A stretch of DNA of 64,000 nucleotides from Podarcis liolepis (taxonomy: Eukaryota): NCBI GenBank assembly GCA_965112155.1, contig OZ218100.1. The stretch is one strand, 5' to 3'. The translations under genes and the position numbers were made by a program. How positions within the stretch are numbered: the first letter of the stretch is position 1; every line of letters starts with the position of its first letter. Shown one piece after another: positions 26,871-37,700 of this stretch. The notes under the pieces are model-generated. The model was not told where the DNA came from, did no database searches, and saw nothing but the letters and a program-made list of their open reading frames with translations.

Positions 26871-29429
26871 AGAACTTGCAAGGGGTACTGCTATTCGATC
26901 TTTCTACTTCCTGGGTGCCTGCTGTGGAAAAAGAGGTGCAGGACAAGAAGGGCTGGCTGGCTAAGTTGCTACTGATACTGCCTGGCAAGCTCTTGGGGAC
27001 AGTATCTCTCAGCCTAACCTTCCTCAACAGACAAAATGAGGGACAACCGTTCCTAGCTGTTCTTGGAGGCAGCTGCGGGAATGCAGATGTAATAAACAAA
27101 ATAGATTAAATATGAACATGCCTGACACAGACAAGGCTACAAATGAGCCTCTCTCTTACCTTGCTCATGCTGATGCTAAATTAATTGAAATATTAATTTC
27201 TAATTAAAAGCACGATACATTCAGTTTTGAGTGTCAGGCTTTGTTTAAGCAAGTATAGCATTCCCCCCCTTTTTTTTTAAACAATTGTGTGAATTTAAAG
27301 TCTTCTCTACTGACAGAATTGTTGTAGCTAATTAGAAAATTCCATTAGAGGTTATGTGTATATGGGAAAGGTGGTTCTCCGCCCCCTGCCCCCCCTCTTT
27401 ATACCTCACTAGATAATTGTTACCTTTTCAGATCACAATAGATGAACTTATAAGTTTGAGCAGCAGCATTCATGCATTTATAATAGCAGACTGGCACGAG
27501 AGAACTCTTCTTAAAAGCTTATGATTATGATGCTGGGTGCTTTATTTTAACATGGGTGCTTTAACCACATTCCCAACTTCTTGCTATCATCCTCTACTTG
27601 CACCACCTGATATTAAAACAGCTGGCACGTTTGCTGCTAATATTATTATGCCTTTCAATTGCTTGCATTTGTGTCCAAGCGCAAATTTCCTAGGTCAGCT
27701 GCTATAGTAACCAGGTGGGGAGGTCAATGTGGACACAGGTGGCTTATATGAAAGTACAACAACAAAGCACCACTGAAGGGGGGAGGACACTGGATGCCCT
27801 TGAGAGGTTGAGGCACAGCGGGTTTGTTCCTGGGGCTGAGTTTACTACTGTTAAGTGGTAGCAGCACCAGCCATGATGCTAGTGCCCCACACTGAGTGAT
27901 GCGATCTTCGCAGCTAGTGCACATCAACACACACACCATACCTTTAGTCTGCTATGTAGTAAAGCTCTTTAGTAAGAGTCTCAGGTTCCAGGTCCCCCCA
28001 ACCCTATGTACCAGTGCCTTATAGTGGACTCAAGCAGCCCACCAGCAAACTACTACAGAAGCTGTTGCTGTCTGCAAATTTCTTGCAGAGGGTACATTCA
28101 GAGGGTCTTTTTTCCCCACACTCTCTTCTGCATTACTTATAAGTCCACCAGAGTATAGTAATTTCAACCTAAGCCAGTACTTCTGTTTAGCAAATTAGTC
28201 TGCATGGCAGTTCTGCTTGCTCCTATGCTAAAGGCATGCATCACAGCACATTAATCTGTTTTGTAAGCTATTAGCAAGCTATTCTTTAATCCCTCAGGTG
28301 TGTGTTTTACCTCTGATCTGTGGAGACCTGCAAGCCCTCACCAGAACTAATTCAGTTCTGGGCCATACCTTCAGGACAAGAGGGCATTTGAGAACCAGCC
28401 AGCGTACCAATCATGTCAGTATGAAGCTGGGGAAATCATCCTGCTGTAGGAGGATCCAGCTGTGAGGTCCTTGAGGCTGTTCATTCCCTGCCTTCTGTTC
28501 CTTCCTTCTTACTGATTGTTGAGTCATGTTGTGGGTTTCTTGTTTTTGAAAGAAATGCGTTATCTTGTGACAAGCGATTATTCTTTATTCCATTCCTTTA
28601 ATGCTCCCCAAATTAAATTAAAGCAACAACAGCAACTTCAGCTTGTGAGAACAATCCACCAGGACTATCTCCTGTGCAGTTGCACAATTGAAACAGATTG
28701 GAAGTGGGCAAGAGAAGAATGTAAGCAGCTCTGATGCTCTCACCAACACGGGGCTGTTCATGAAGAAATAAGCAGTTGGAGGCAGAGATGATCCAAGATG
28801 TTTTGGTGCTTGAGTCAGAAACTCAAAATTCTGTTCCCCAGTGGCAAGCACAGAACAATAAACTACATCATTGGCCATTTTAATTACCCCATTTATACCC
28901 CAAAATCTGCTTCCTAAATCATGAGTAAGGGTGCAATCCAGGTTCTGGCCAGGCGTAATGGGACTGCCATGCTGCTCCCACCAGGGCAGAATGTAGTGGG
29001 CAGCCAAATTGCTGTGGATTTGCTTTGGCAATTGGGCTCAATGCCGTCATGTGATGGCAGCAGGGCCAGCTCAGCATTCAGTGGATACTGGCCTGGCTCA
29101 GCCCCTCTCTGACCCTTGAATACCTATTTCAGTGATTTCCATAGGCTGTTGATAGTGGGGACCCTGCCAATGGTACTCTTACCCGCACATGCGGCAGGCA
29201 AAATGGGGAGCTCCACACTAGCTGAGTGATGCTGGCATCTCTCTCTGGGTGGGAGTCAGCATGGGTGATCAGAGGGACATTTCTGCCCAACCCAACCCTG
29301 TGCAGTCCCACAAAAAGGGGGTTTGGACTGCAGTGTTAGTAGTTCAAATCTGGAAAGAATAATTTGTAGTATGTCCCCAAGCCAGAGGAGGAGACCGAGC
29401 TGCATAAACTGAGCAAACATGAATTAGGC

Positions 29430-29661
29430 CCATGGTCGGCGATGCGGCCCGTGGAGGTCGTTTGACCGGCCCACAAGCCGCCCCCAAACCGAGCTGCCCA
29501 CTCACGTGCGTGGGGACTCGCTTCTGCGGTGCCGAAAATTGGGTCTGCACAGGTGCCGAAAATCGCGAGCAGGTGTGCTCACGCACGCACGTGGTCCAGC
29601 CCATGGAAGGATCTCCGTGGGACCAATCCAGCCCAGGCAAGATAAGCCTTGCTGATCCCTG
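29430..29661. mobile_element. hAT MITE
   Basis: Imperfect terminal repeats; 8-bp TSD aattaggc/aattaggg; CpG-rich interior. Confidence 0.75.
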
Positions 29662-30169
29662 AATTAGGGCTTAGCCACATTTACTCTGCTCCTTCCATGC
29701 AAGGACTGCACTTCAAAGCTATATGTCCTGGCGCCTTTTTCTTTTTGGCTCTGGAACTTTCCCTGCAAAAACCTGCTCTTTGGTGCCCAATCAGAGCAGA
29801 GCAATTGTCAATCCATGGGAAACCCAAATTGACGATTGCTGCAATTGAGCAATAAAGCATGAGTTTTTGTGGGGGAAACTGGGGGGGGGGGGGTGGCCGA
29901 CAAAACAGCTCAAACACAGAGTTTTAAAGCAGGACCTATGCCTGGAAAGTGTGGGTGGATAAGCCCTCTGTTTCCTCGAACAAAGCTCTATTGCACTTTG
30001 CTTCAGTTTCCTGAGACATTTGCATCTGAAATGTTTGCCCTATGACTCAGTCTAGGCTGAAAAATTCTGAACTGTATACATTTCCTGGGGCAACCCCCCC
30101 CCCCCAATTATTTAAGTCCTTTACACTGTATGTTTACTCAGAAATAATAACTGGGTGGTGTTCCAACTA

Positions 30170-30633
30170 CCGTATTTTTCGCCCTATAGGGCGCACTTTT
30201 TCCCCTCCAAAAATGAAGGGGAAATGTGTGTGGGTCCTGTGGGGCGAATGCAGGTTTTCGCTCCAGGCTTGCGCACCGACCCCTCTCGCTCTCCAGGCTT
30301 CAGGAGAGCCCCAGCGCCAGCCCCACAAGGCCGGGGGACAGAGGGAGGCGGAACGCCGCCTTCCCGCTGTCTCCCGAAGTGGTTTGGAGGCTGAGGGCGG
30401 GGAGACCCCGCCGCCAGCCCCACAAGCTCCGGGGACAGTGGGGAGGCGCAGCGCGTCTCCCCGCTGTCCCCGGACCTGATCTGAAGGCGGGCTGCGGGGA
30501 GAAGAGCGCTTCTCCCCGCTGCCGGCCCCACAAGCGCCTGGGGGGGAAATAATTTTTTTTTCTTTATTTCCCCCCAAAAAGAAAACTTGATGCGTCCTAT
30601 GGGTCGGTGCGTCCTATGGGGCGAAAAATACGG
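30170..30633. mobile_element. Young GC/CpG-rich Tc1/mariner (Tc2-like) MITE
   Basis: TA|CCGTATTTTTCGCCCTATAGG ... CCTATGGGGCGAAAAATACGG|TA; internal gccagccccacaag repeats. Confidence 0.92.
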
Positions 30634-31244
30634 TAAATTGTTGCACTAGCACAAGGATTAGCGCCAGCTCAAGGGGACTTCCCTCTCTTGCATGCACCAC
30701 AAGCAATCTCCAAATCTGCTCTGGAAGGTTGGGAGAACCTCCGGAAGAGATTTAGGGGGTGATGGGAGAGGAGAGGGGAAGAACATTTCCTCACAAGGAG
30801 AAATCCTTGGGCTGATGGAACGTTCTCCTGAGGGCTACTTTCAATACAACCACTTGCATTCTCGGTTTTTAACCCCTCCTGTGCTTGTACATTTTAAAAA
30901 TGATCAATTAAGGTAAATGTCTTTGAACAGTTGCTAATAGCTGGAAAAAGGCATATAATTTTTTGAGATGAAAGAATACAAGGGAGCCCCTTGCTCAGTT
31001 TAGGACTGGATTCTTAACCTAGTCTTGTGTACAGTATTTTGAATAGTTGTTTCTAATGGGTTTTACTGATGATTTTATCGTTTTATTCTGTTTGTAAACC
31101 ATCTTTAGGGTTTTCTTTTTACAATCAATCAGTATATAATTTTTACGAAATAAATGAATTATGTTTAATTTAAAATATATATACATGGGGAAACTAGGAT
31201 AGGGAAACATTATTCTACTTGCTTTTTGTGAAAAGGACTGCAAC

Positions 31245-31377
31245 CAGTGCTTTTTTTCTGGGGGTACTCCAGGGAACGCAGTGCCTTTCCCCCCACATGT
31301 TAAAAGTGTGGCATTTACTGTAACAATTTCATGGTGAGTACCGACACCTTTTTATCTAAAAAAAGAAAAAAGCACAG
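31245..31377. mobile_element. hAT MITE just downstream of the MPV17L2-like ORF
   Basis: CAGTGCTTTTTT ... AAAAAAGCACAG; 8-bp TSD actgcaac/actgtaac. Confidence 0.8.
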
Positions 31378-31500
31378 ACTGTAACAATAAAATTCCAGGG
31401 GTGGGGGCAGCATCAAATCTGTTTGTATTTTGAGCCAACACATTCAGTCCAGAGAAGTATACTTGTGCTTCACTTTTGTGCTTCCAGTTCCTTGCAGTCC

Positions 31501-32067
31501 TCAACTTCTGTGTTTGAGATATGAAAGATATATGTTCCACCCCAAGGTCACTACATTCACAAATAGCACTCGATAGCGAGGGGCAAGAAATAGGAAATTG
31601 ACCATCTGAGCTGCTGGCCACACAGTGAGTTCTGCTAAGAAATACTCCGGGAATTTTTCCTTGAATTCCTTCCAGCTGGCTGCCACAGTGTGACCTTGAA
31701 GTAGTCCCATTGTCATGAAATACCAGCACCCGAAAAATGGAGCAAAAAGTTGATCTATTGTTACCTTGATGATGACAACTTTGATGTGTCCAAGTCCTTT
31801 TCTCGGGGTTAGTTTGTCTACCAAGGTGTACCAGTAATGTAGGGGCGGTCCCATGGTGCATCCCGTTATAAACATGTGAGATGCACGCTCAACATCCCAC
31901 TTGTGTTTGGGATTTTGCCTTCGTTCCAAAGACTGCTGGACTAGATCTGCAATTCCCAGCAATAAACCGCTACTCACTGTATTGGTAATGATAAGGTTCC
32001 GCCCTCCAAACAATGGTGCATAGAAGCGGGCCATTGCGGCTAGCTGTTGTATAATACGGGCCCGCAT
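31501..32067 (-). CDS. Intronless Mpv17/PMP22-family protein, MPV17L2-like (probable retrogene), nested antisense in KCNQ5 intron 3
   Basis: Intact 188-aa ORF with four hydrophobic segments and family motifs TNT..SG....AD...Q, GP..HYWY..D, K...DQ, VWP.AQ.VNF and N...LGW..YLSYLK; A at -3 of the ATG; no introns, whereas vertebrate MPV17L2 is multi-exon. Confidence 0.88.
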   Translation of the reverse strand: MRARIIQQLAAMARFYAPLFGGRNLIITNTVSSGLLLGIADLVQQSLERRQNPKHKWDVERASHMFITGCTMGPPLHYWYTLVDKLTPRKGLGHIKVVIIKVTIDQLFAPFFGCWYFMTMGLLQGHTVAASWKEFKEKFPEYFLAELTVWPAAQMVNFLFLAPRYRVLFVNVVTLGWNIYLSYLKHRS

Positions 32068-33019
32068 CTTCCTCTCTTTCTCCTCTGAAACAAATGCATG
32101 CAGATCCGGTAACTATGTTGAGAGCATTTTTCTGAACTTTCAGCCTTCCTTTCCCAGACTGAAGGTATTCTTTTTCAGGGATGGTTGCATTGTGCTTTTA
32201 GGAGGATTATTTCATTGTGAGGACCTGAGGAAGAATGATGTTACAGCAGGCATGTATGATGAGTCACAGGAAATACATCATAGTATTCTAGTGAAGAATT
32301 TTACTTTTGTGCTTTATTATGATGTCATGGCTGATCTTCAGCATCTTGCACACACGTAGCAGAAAAATAAATTGCATCAACTGAACAGGTACATGTAAAT
32401 ATAGCTGTTTCTTACATCACTTAAGATGAGCAATCCAAAGAAAGGAAACTTTTACTTTGCTTACATCCTTTTTATTTCAACAGAACGTAAATGCACTTTA
32501 TCTTAATTGGGCCCTTGATTGATGACCTTGAACAGGATACCTATAAAGTAGTTGCTTTTCCACTAAAGAAAGCATACAAAACAACTTACGATCACAAACA
32601 AACCAAATAACCTTCAGCTTTCATTATGAAGACCTATACAAAACAAATTATAGCAAAGTTTTTAGAGATTCAAATTCGATATAATAGCATACCATTAAAA
32701 ACAACTGCAATAACTTGGAAAATAGCTAGGAAAGGTTTTCAGAACTTCCTGGCTATTTCAGGTGAAAAAATGTTTTCCCTCTTTTCCCTGACCACTGGGC
32801 TGCTGCTGCTTATTTGTACAATCATTTGTGGTTGTGTAACCCCTCTCTACCCACCTCCACACCCCAAAAAGAAGAGAAGTAGCCCAGTGGGCCTTAGGTG
32901 ATCTTACCCTCATAAAGGAGTGGTTCTCACTTTCAGTTTTGGAGGAGGATTGGAACGTACATACAGTAAAATGCATTCCTTCAAATGCAAAATAAGCAGA
33001 GCCATTTACAGTTTTAAAG

Positions 33020-33530
33020 AAAATAACATTTGGCATTGGGGGGGGGGCAATGGAAGAGTGCACCTTTGGGAGTGAGGTCAAGCTGTTGGTAGGTTGCAGC
33101 GTCTGCTGTGGCTGCAGAGACCGATGCGGAAGAGACAAGTTTTGTTGCAGCTGGGGCAGATGAAGGCGTGCAATTGTGCTTCTGCAGAGGCACCATGGCG
33201 TTTCCTCTCTCTGTGCTCCTCCCAGCAGTCATTTTGCCTCTGGTCCCTGCTATGGATACGCAACCTGTCTCCAGGCACCGCAGTTGTCCACAAGGTTGGT
33301 GTTGCCAGCCTTCATGTCACATTTGCAGACCTCTTTATAGCACAGAGTTGGTCTGCCAACAGGCCTGGTACCTGAAGCCAGCTCACTGTAGAGCATGTTC
33401 TTGGGAACCCAGCCATCTTCCATGCTGTGGGCATGACCAAGCCAGCATAGACATAGCTGAGACAGGAGTGTGAACATGTGGGCTTGGGAGGGCATGTATT
33501 TGTTTGAAATTCTGTCCTGCCACATGCAGC
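33020..33530 (-). mobile_element. RTE-clade LINE 3' fragment
   Basis: Peptides WQDRISN, WLGH..MEDGWVPKNMLYSELASG.RPVGRP and FICPSCNKTC..RIGL.SH. Confidence 0.85.
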
Positions 33531-34741
33531 AAAGTGAATTGGGCTTGGAAGGCGTTTGGAAAATAGAAGAGCCAACGTTGATAGATGGGCTACAGAATTC
33601 CTTTGCTAGCTAGAGCTTTCAAGAATTAAAGAGCAAGGGTGGGGCCTGGCAGACAAATCTGGGATTTAGTCTATTATACACAGGTAAGAATAACATCCAT
33701 TATTCTAACTACTTTTTGTCTCCTGCCACGCCTATGTTTGCTTCTGGCTGTGCCCTGCATTGGGATGTGGCCACAAAGGCATGCATCCTTCAGGCAGAAA
33801 ATGGTTTCCCACCCAGTTCTATGTAACATGCCGCAGCAATGCAGGTGGGAAATGACCTATTCATGGATGTTTCATATTCCACATAACTTAAAATACCTTA
33901 AAGTAGGTCCATTGATACTCATGAATCTGAGTATGGCTTTGTTGGATATCATCCTGTGTGTATTTTTGTAAATATGTACCTGAAAATGCATGTAGTGTTC
34001 GGTTGGTATAAGCATATATTTCACTATTTTAATATCAGAATAAGAGATACAACTGAGGCAGTTAAGTATTTTGTTGGGCCAGCTTGCTACAGTTTAGGAG
34101 TATGCAATCCTCTGAGTCACTAACATCCGCATATGCACACTCGGAGGTGTTTATGACAGTGCTTAAGCTGGGGAGAATAATATCTCCTGTCCTTCTTTCT
34201 TCTCTCTGTCAGGACAGGTGAGGGAAATGCCTGAGGGAATGGGGCGAGGAAGATTTGCCTTACTTTGTCAGGCTGCCTCCTTGCAACTGCAGGACTGAGG
34301 TTGACTTTAGGGGAACTTGCTTTAAGGGAATTTTTTAAGTGGTAGGGCAGCCCCAAGAACTCACCCATCTTCTCCTGAACACCCAGTAGATCCATCTACC
34401 TGGGGAAAGTTGTTGTTGTTGTTGTTTTGCACTCAGTGGGGTTTACTTCTGAGTAGAAGTGTCTAAGCTTGTTGTCAGTAAGTACCACAGGCTGGATTTT
34501 CCTGGATTTGCCTGTATGCATGAGCCAAAGGGGTAGCAGTTGAACTCAGCAACTGAAAGTGAAAGAGGGACCTGGCTGGAGCTCAGCTTCCAAAACATTC
34601 CCAGTCCTCACGGTGTCTGGGCTTGCTCATTGCCACTGCCTCAGATTTGCTGAGCTACTCCACTTTGCCTTCCCATAAATATGTCCCCTTGCAAGCCTTT
34701 GAATTCCATCTGGCAGGATGGGGACTTGCTATATGTTAAAG

Positions 34742-35034
34742 CAGAGGTGGGAAACCTCAGGCCTGGGTGCTGAATGTGGCCCCCAGACCTCTCTATCTGG
34801 CCCCAGGCCACATCCCTCATTAGCCCTGCTTCACACCTCAAGTGTGTCCTTGAACTCTGAACATGCCTCTTGCTTGTCTAGATAGTGGGCAGGGCAATGC
34901 GTGTGTGTGGAATTGTACTACACAAAACTATATTATACTTTTGCCTCTGGCCCTGCCCACCACTGGCATGTGGTCTCGAGAAGGTTGCCCAGAGCGAAAT
35001 GAGGCCCTTGAGTGAAAAATGTTCTCCACCCCTA
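34742..35034. mobile_element. hAT non-autonomous element
   Basis: cagaggtgggaaac ... gttctccacccct; TSD tgttaaag/ttttaaag. Confidence 0.7.
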
Positions 35035-35920
35035 TTTTAAAGCAAGTTTGGTTACAAAAATTTGAGGGCTCTGTAATAGGATCCCATGAGTTGTGTGAGG
35101 CTGCTGTCGGGAGGGAAAAGACCATCTGCTTACCAGCATACATGGCAATTTTGTGGACTCTTACAGGCTTCTTTCTATCCTGGATTATTTATTTTAGCCA
35201 ATTCAGTTTAACACAAAGGGTTGTGAATCATACTCAGGGGTAGAGGCATTGGAATTAATGGGCATGGATTTACTCTGAGTAGGACTATGATGACTTACAA
35301 ACCAAGGTGAATAGCTGTCCCCATTTGGGGACGGACGGACCAAAAAGCAATAATATTTGGGGTAATGGCCACTTGAAATTGCTTTCTTCCACATGATTAA
35401 AGGTAGTTTGAAGTGCATTGAGTCCTAAGAGATGCATTCCAAAAATTCCCATTGAGTAGGTAATTCAAATATAGCACCCTTCCCCCCCCCCGAATTTTTG
35501 CTACCAGAGAACACTATTATCGTATTGCACAGCAATAGCTCAAATCAATTTTCACATCCCAGTCCAAGTTGTTACTCGGGATTATTATGAAATCTAAGCC
35601 ACTTTAGTTTCTTATATCATAAAACACTAAGTTGTCTTGCAACTTGAAACAAAATTGTAAAACTGGAGAGGCTGGGTAATTAATATTTCCCATGTTGATA
35701 ATTAACAGGATTTCCATCCAGAGACTATTGTGTATGTTCTTGAGAACTCAAGAGACTTTTTGGCTAAAATGACAACATCTGCAAAAATCAAGACAGAGCC
35801 ATTTATTCAGAGAATTTCCTGAAGATATCTTGCCAATTACTTTTTACTAGTAGGTGATGATTAATCATAACTTGACTGGCTTTAAGCAGATAAATCCAGT
35901 TTCTTTAACAGAGAAAAATG

Positions 35921-36366
35921 GCTCCCCTTTATTACATACACAGCCCAACAAGACAACAACAAGAATCCACCAACAGCATACAAATCAATGTGGCTAACCT
36001 GATCCAAAAACACCCACCCACCCCACTCACACATGAAAACAAAGTTCACCACAGCCAATCACAAACAAATAACCACACCCTAGGCCAACCCCAACCTGCC
36101 TCACCACCAAAGGAAAACAAGCGAATAGCAAAAAGAACCTGCACAAACGACGCTGACACAAAACCCCACACATACATTAAGTAAAATAGAAACATTGCTA
36201 CCCGACTCCACGCCCGCTCACCATGGCTCCCTCCACCTTTTCCCCCCTATTCTTCCTAATGTAACACTAATGTCTCAACAAATGAAACTGATCTGTAGAA
36301 AGAAGAGACATTGCACATACTTTTGTAAACCAAGAAATCTTTAATTAAAAAAGTTTTTAAAAAACC
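35921..36366 (+). mobile_element. 5'-truncated non-LTR retroelement 3' end (L1-like UTR)
   Basis: C/A-rich body, A-rich tail, flanking direct repeat agaaaaatg (35912-35920 and 36367-36375). Confidence 0.55.
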
Positions 36367-36749
36367 AGAAAAATGCTACATGTAAAACATCTAAAAGTAA
36401 ATGTTGGGCAGGATATAGGAATCTAAACACTGTTTTGACATACTTTGTTTGTGCAAATGGAAGGCAGTAGTTTGCATGAATTGTTTGTGGTTACTTTGTT
36501 TTGCTTCATGACAAGACTATCATCCAGGAAAGGGCTATATTAATTTTCAGTGGTGTTGTTGCATGTAACTTTGATGGCGGGACAGAGTTAATATTTTTCT
36601 TTGGTTCTGTGCAGTAGATTTAGAGGAGGCCCACTAAAATTCATGGACATGACTAAGTCCATTGTTTTCATTGGGCCTACTCTGAGTATAACTTAGTTGA
36701 ATATAACTCCTTAAGTTCTAGCATTTGTTTGCCACTGATTCTGTTCACC

Positions 36750-37250
36750 AATACAAAGATGTCACCAATGTATCACCACCATATTAGCAGCTTGTTGGTG
36801 GGCTCCTTAAGGATGACTTATTTAAGTTTGCTCCTGGGCATCTGCATGGCTCCATTTTATGCCAATTTATTTTTGAGAAGCCTGAACAAGTCATAGTTAA
36901 GGAGCCCACCAACAAGCTGCTCATTTGTTGGCGATGCATTTATGACATCCTTTGTCATCTGGACCACGAGCAACAAAAGTTTGGAACAATTTAAGAATGA
37001 TACCAACCATCCATCCCACCATCAAATGTGCACTTAATAGAGTCATTACAAATCATATGGGATGTTCTCCTTGTCACATAAAAAACAAGATAGTCACAGA
37101 TCTTTACAATCAACCCACTGATGCTCACATTCATTTAAAATGGAATTCCTCCAGGACACACAGAAAAACATCATCTGCAGATTGAAATGTTTTTGCAACT
37201 TCAATGAAAACCACCTCAGGTCTGAAGTGGGTGATTTAAGCAATTGAAGA
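36750..37250 (+). mobile_element. Degenerate Penelope-like RT fragment with an inverted duplication
   Basis: MAPFYANLF-like and DLYNQPTDAHIHL-like RT motifs; inverted arms at about 36753-36832 and 36875-36955. Confidence 0.6.
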
Positions 37251-37299
37251 AACACCCAGTTCAGACCCCATAAGCATATATATGAAGTTAGGGTGTCTC

Positions 37300-37700
37300 G
37301 CTCCAGTGTGCATAACTATACACTTGCTTACATTGAATCACATTTGCCATTCACCTATTTTGGAAAGCTCCTTTTGTTTTCTTTTGTTTTCACCATCCTG
37401 AACAATAAGCAAACCCATTACCACCTCATTACTGCTCCCCCCTGCCAATCCAGGTCATTTAACTGCAATTAAGGAAGCAGAGATCCCAATACTGAGCTCT
37501 CTTCCATTGTGAGAAATGTGCTTTTTGGTTTTTAACCTACCGGTATTACCAATCAATAAGAAGACCTGCTCCTTCATCTCACGACTCCTTTTAGCTTTTG
37601 AAAGCTTTTTGAAAATTTAAGAACGCAACATATACTCATGTCCATATCCTTGTTGACACTCTCACAAAAGGTTAGGCAGGGCTTTTCTTTTTGAAGAGCC
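37300..37700 (-). mobile_element. Degenerate CR1 fragment
   Basis: Reverse complement of CR1 RT region (acacttgcttacattgaa, aaagctttttgaaa). Confidence 0.5.

Noticed and set aside
29881-29896. Poly-G runs (also near 39383, 39955, 45109, 47530) as G-quadruplex elements
   Set aside because: Simple homopolymers that are common here and prone to length error; no specific context.
30042-30577. Stack of long ORFs and CpG-island-like composition
   Set aside because: Explained by a GC-rich MITE with terminal repeats and TA TSD; it lies downstream of the retrogene, so it is not its promoter.
31352-31861. 169-aa minus-strand ORF overlapping the MPV17L2-like ORF in another frame
   Set aside because: No recognisable motifs, and it ends inside a MITE; probably a shadow of the real ORF.
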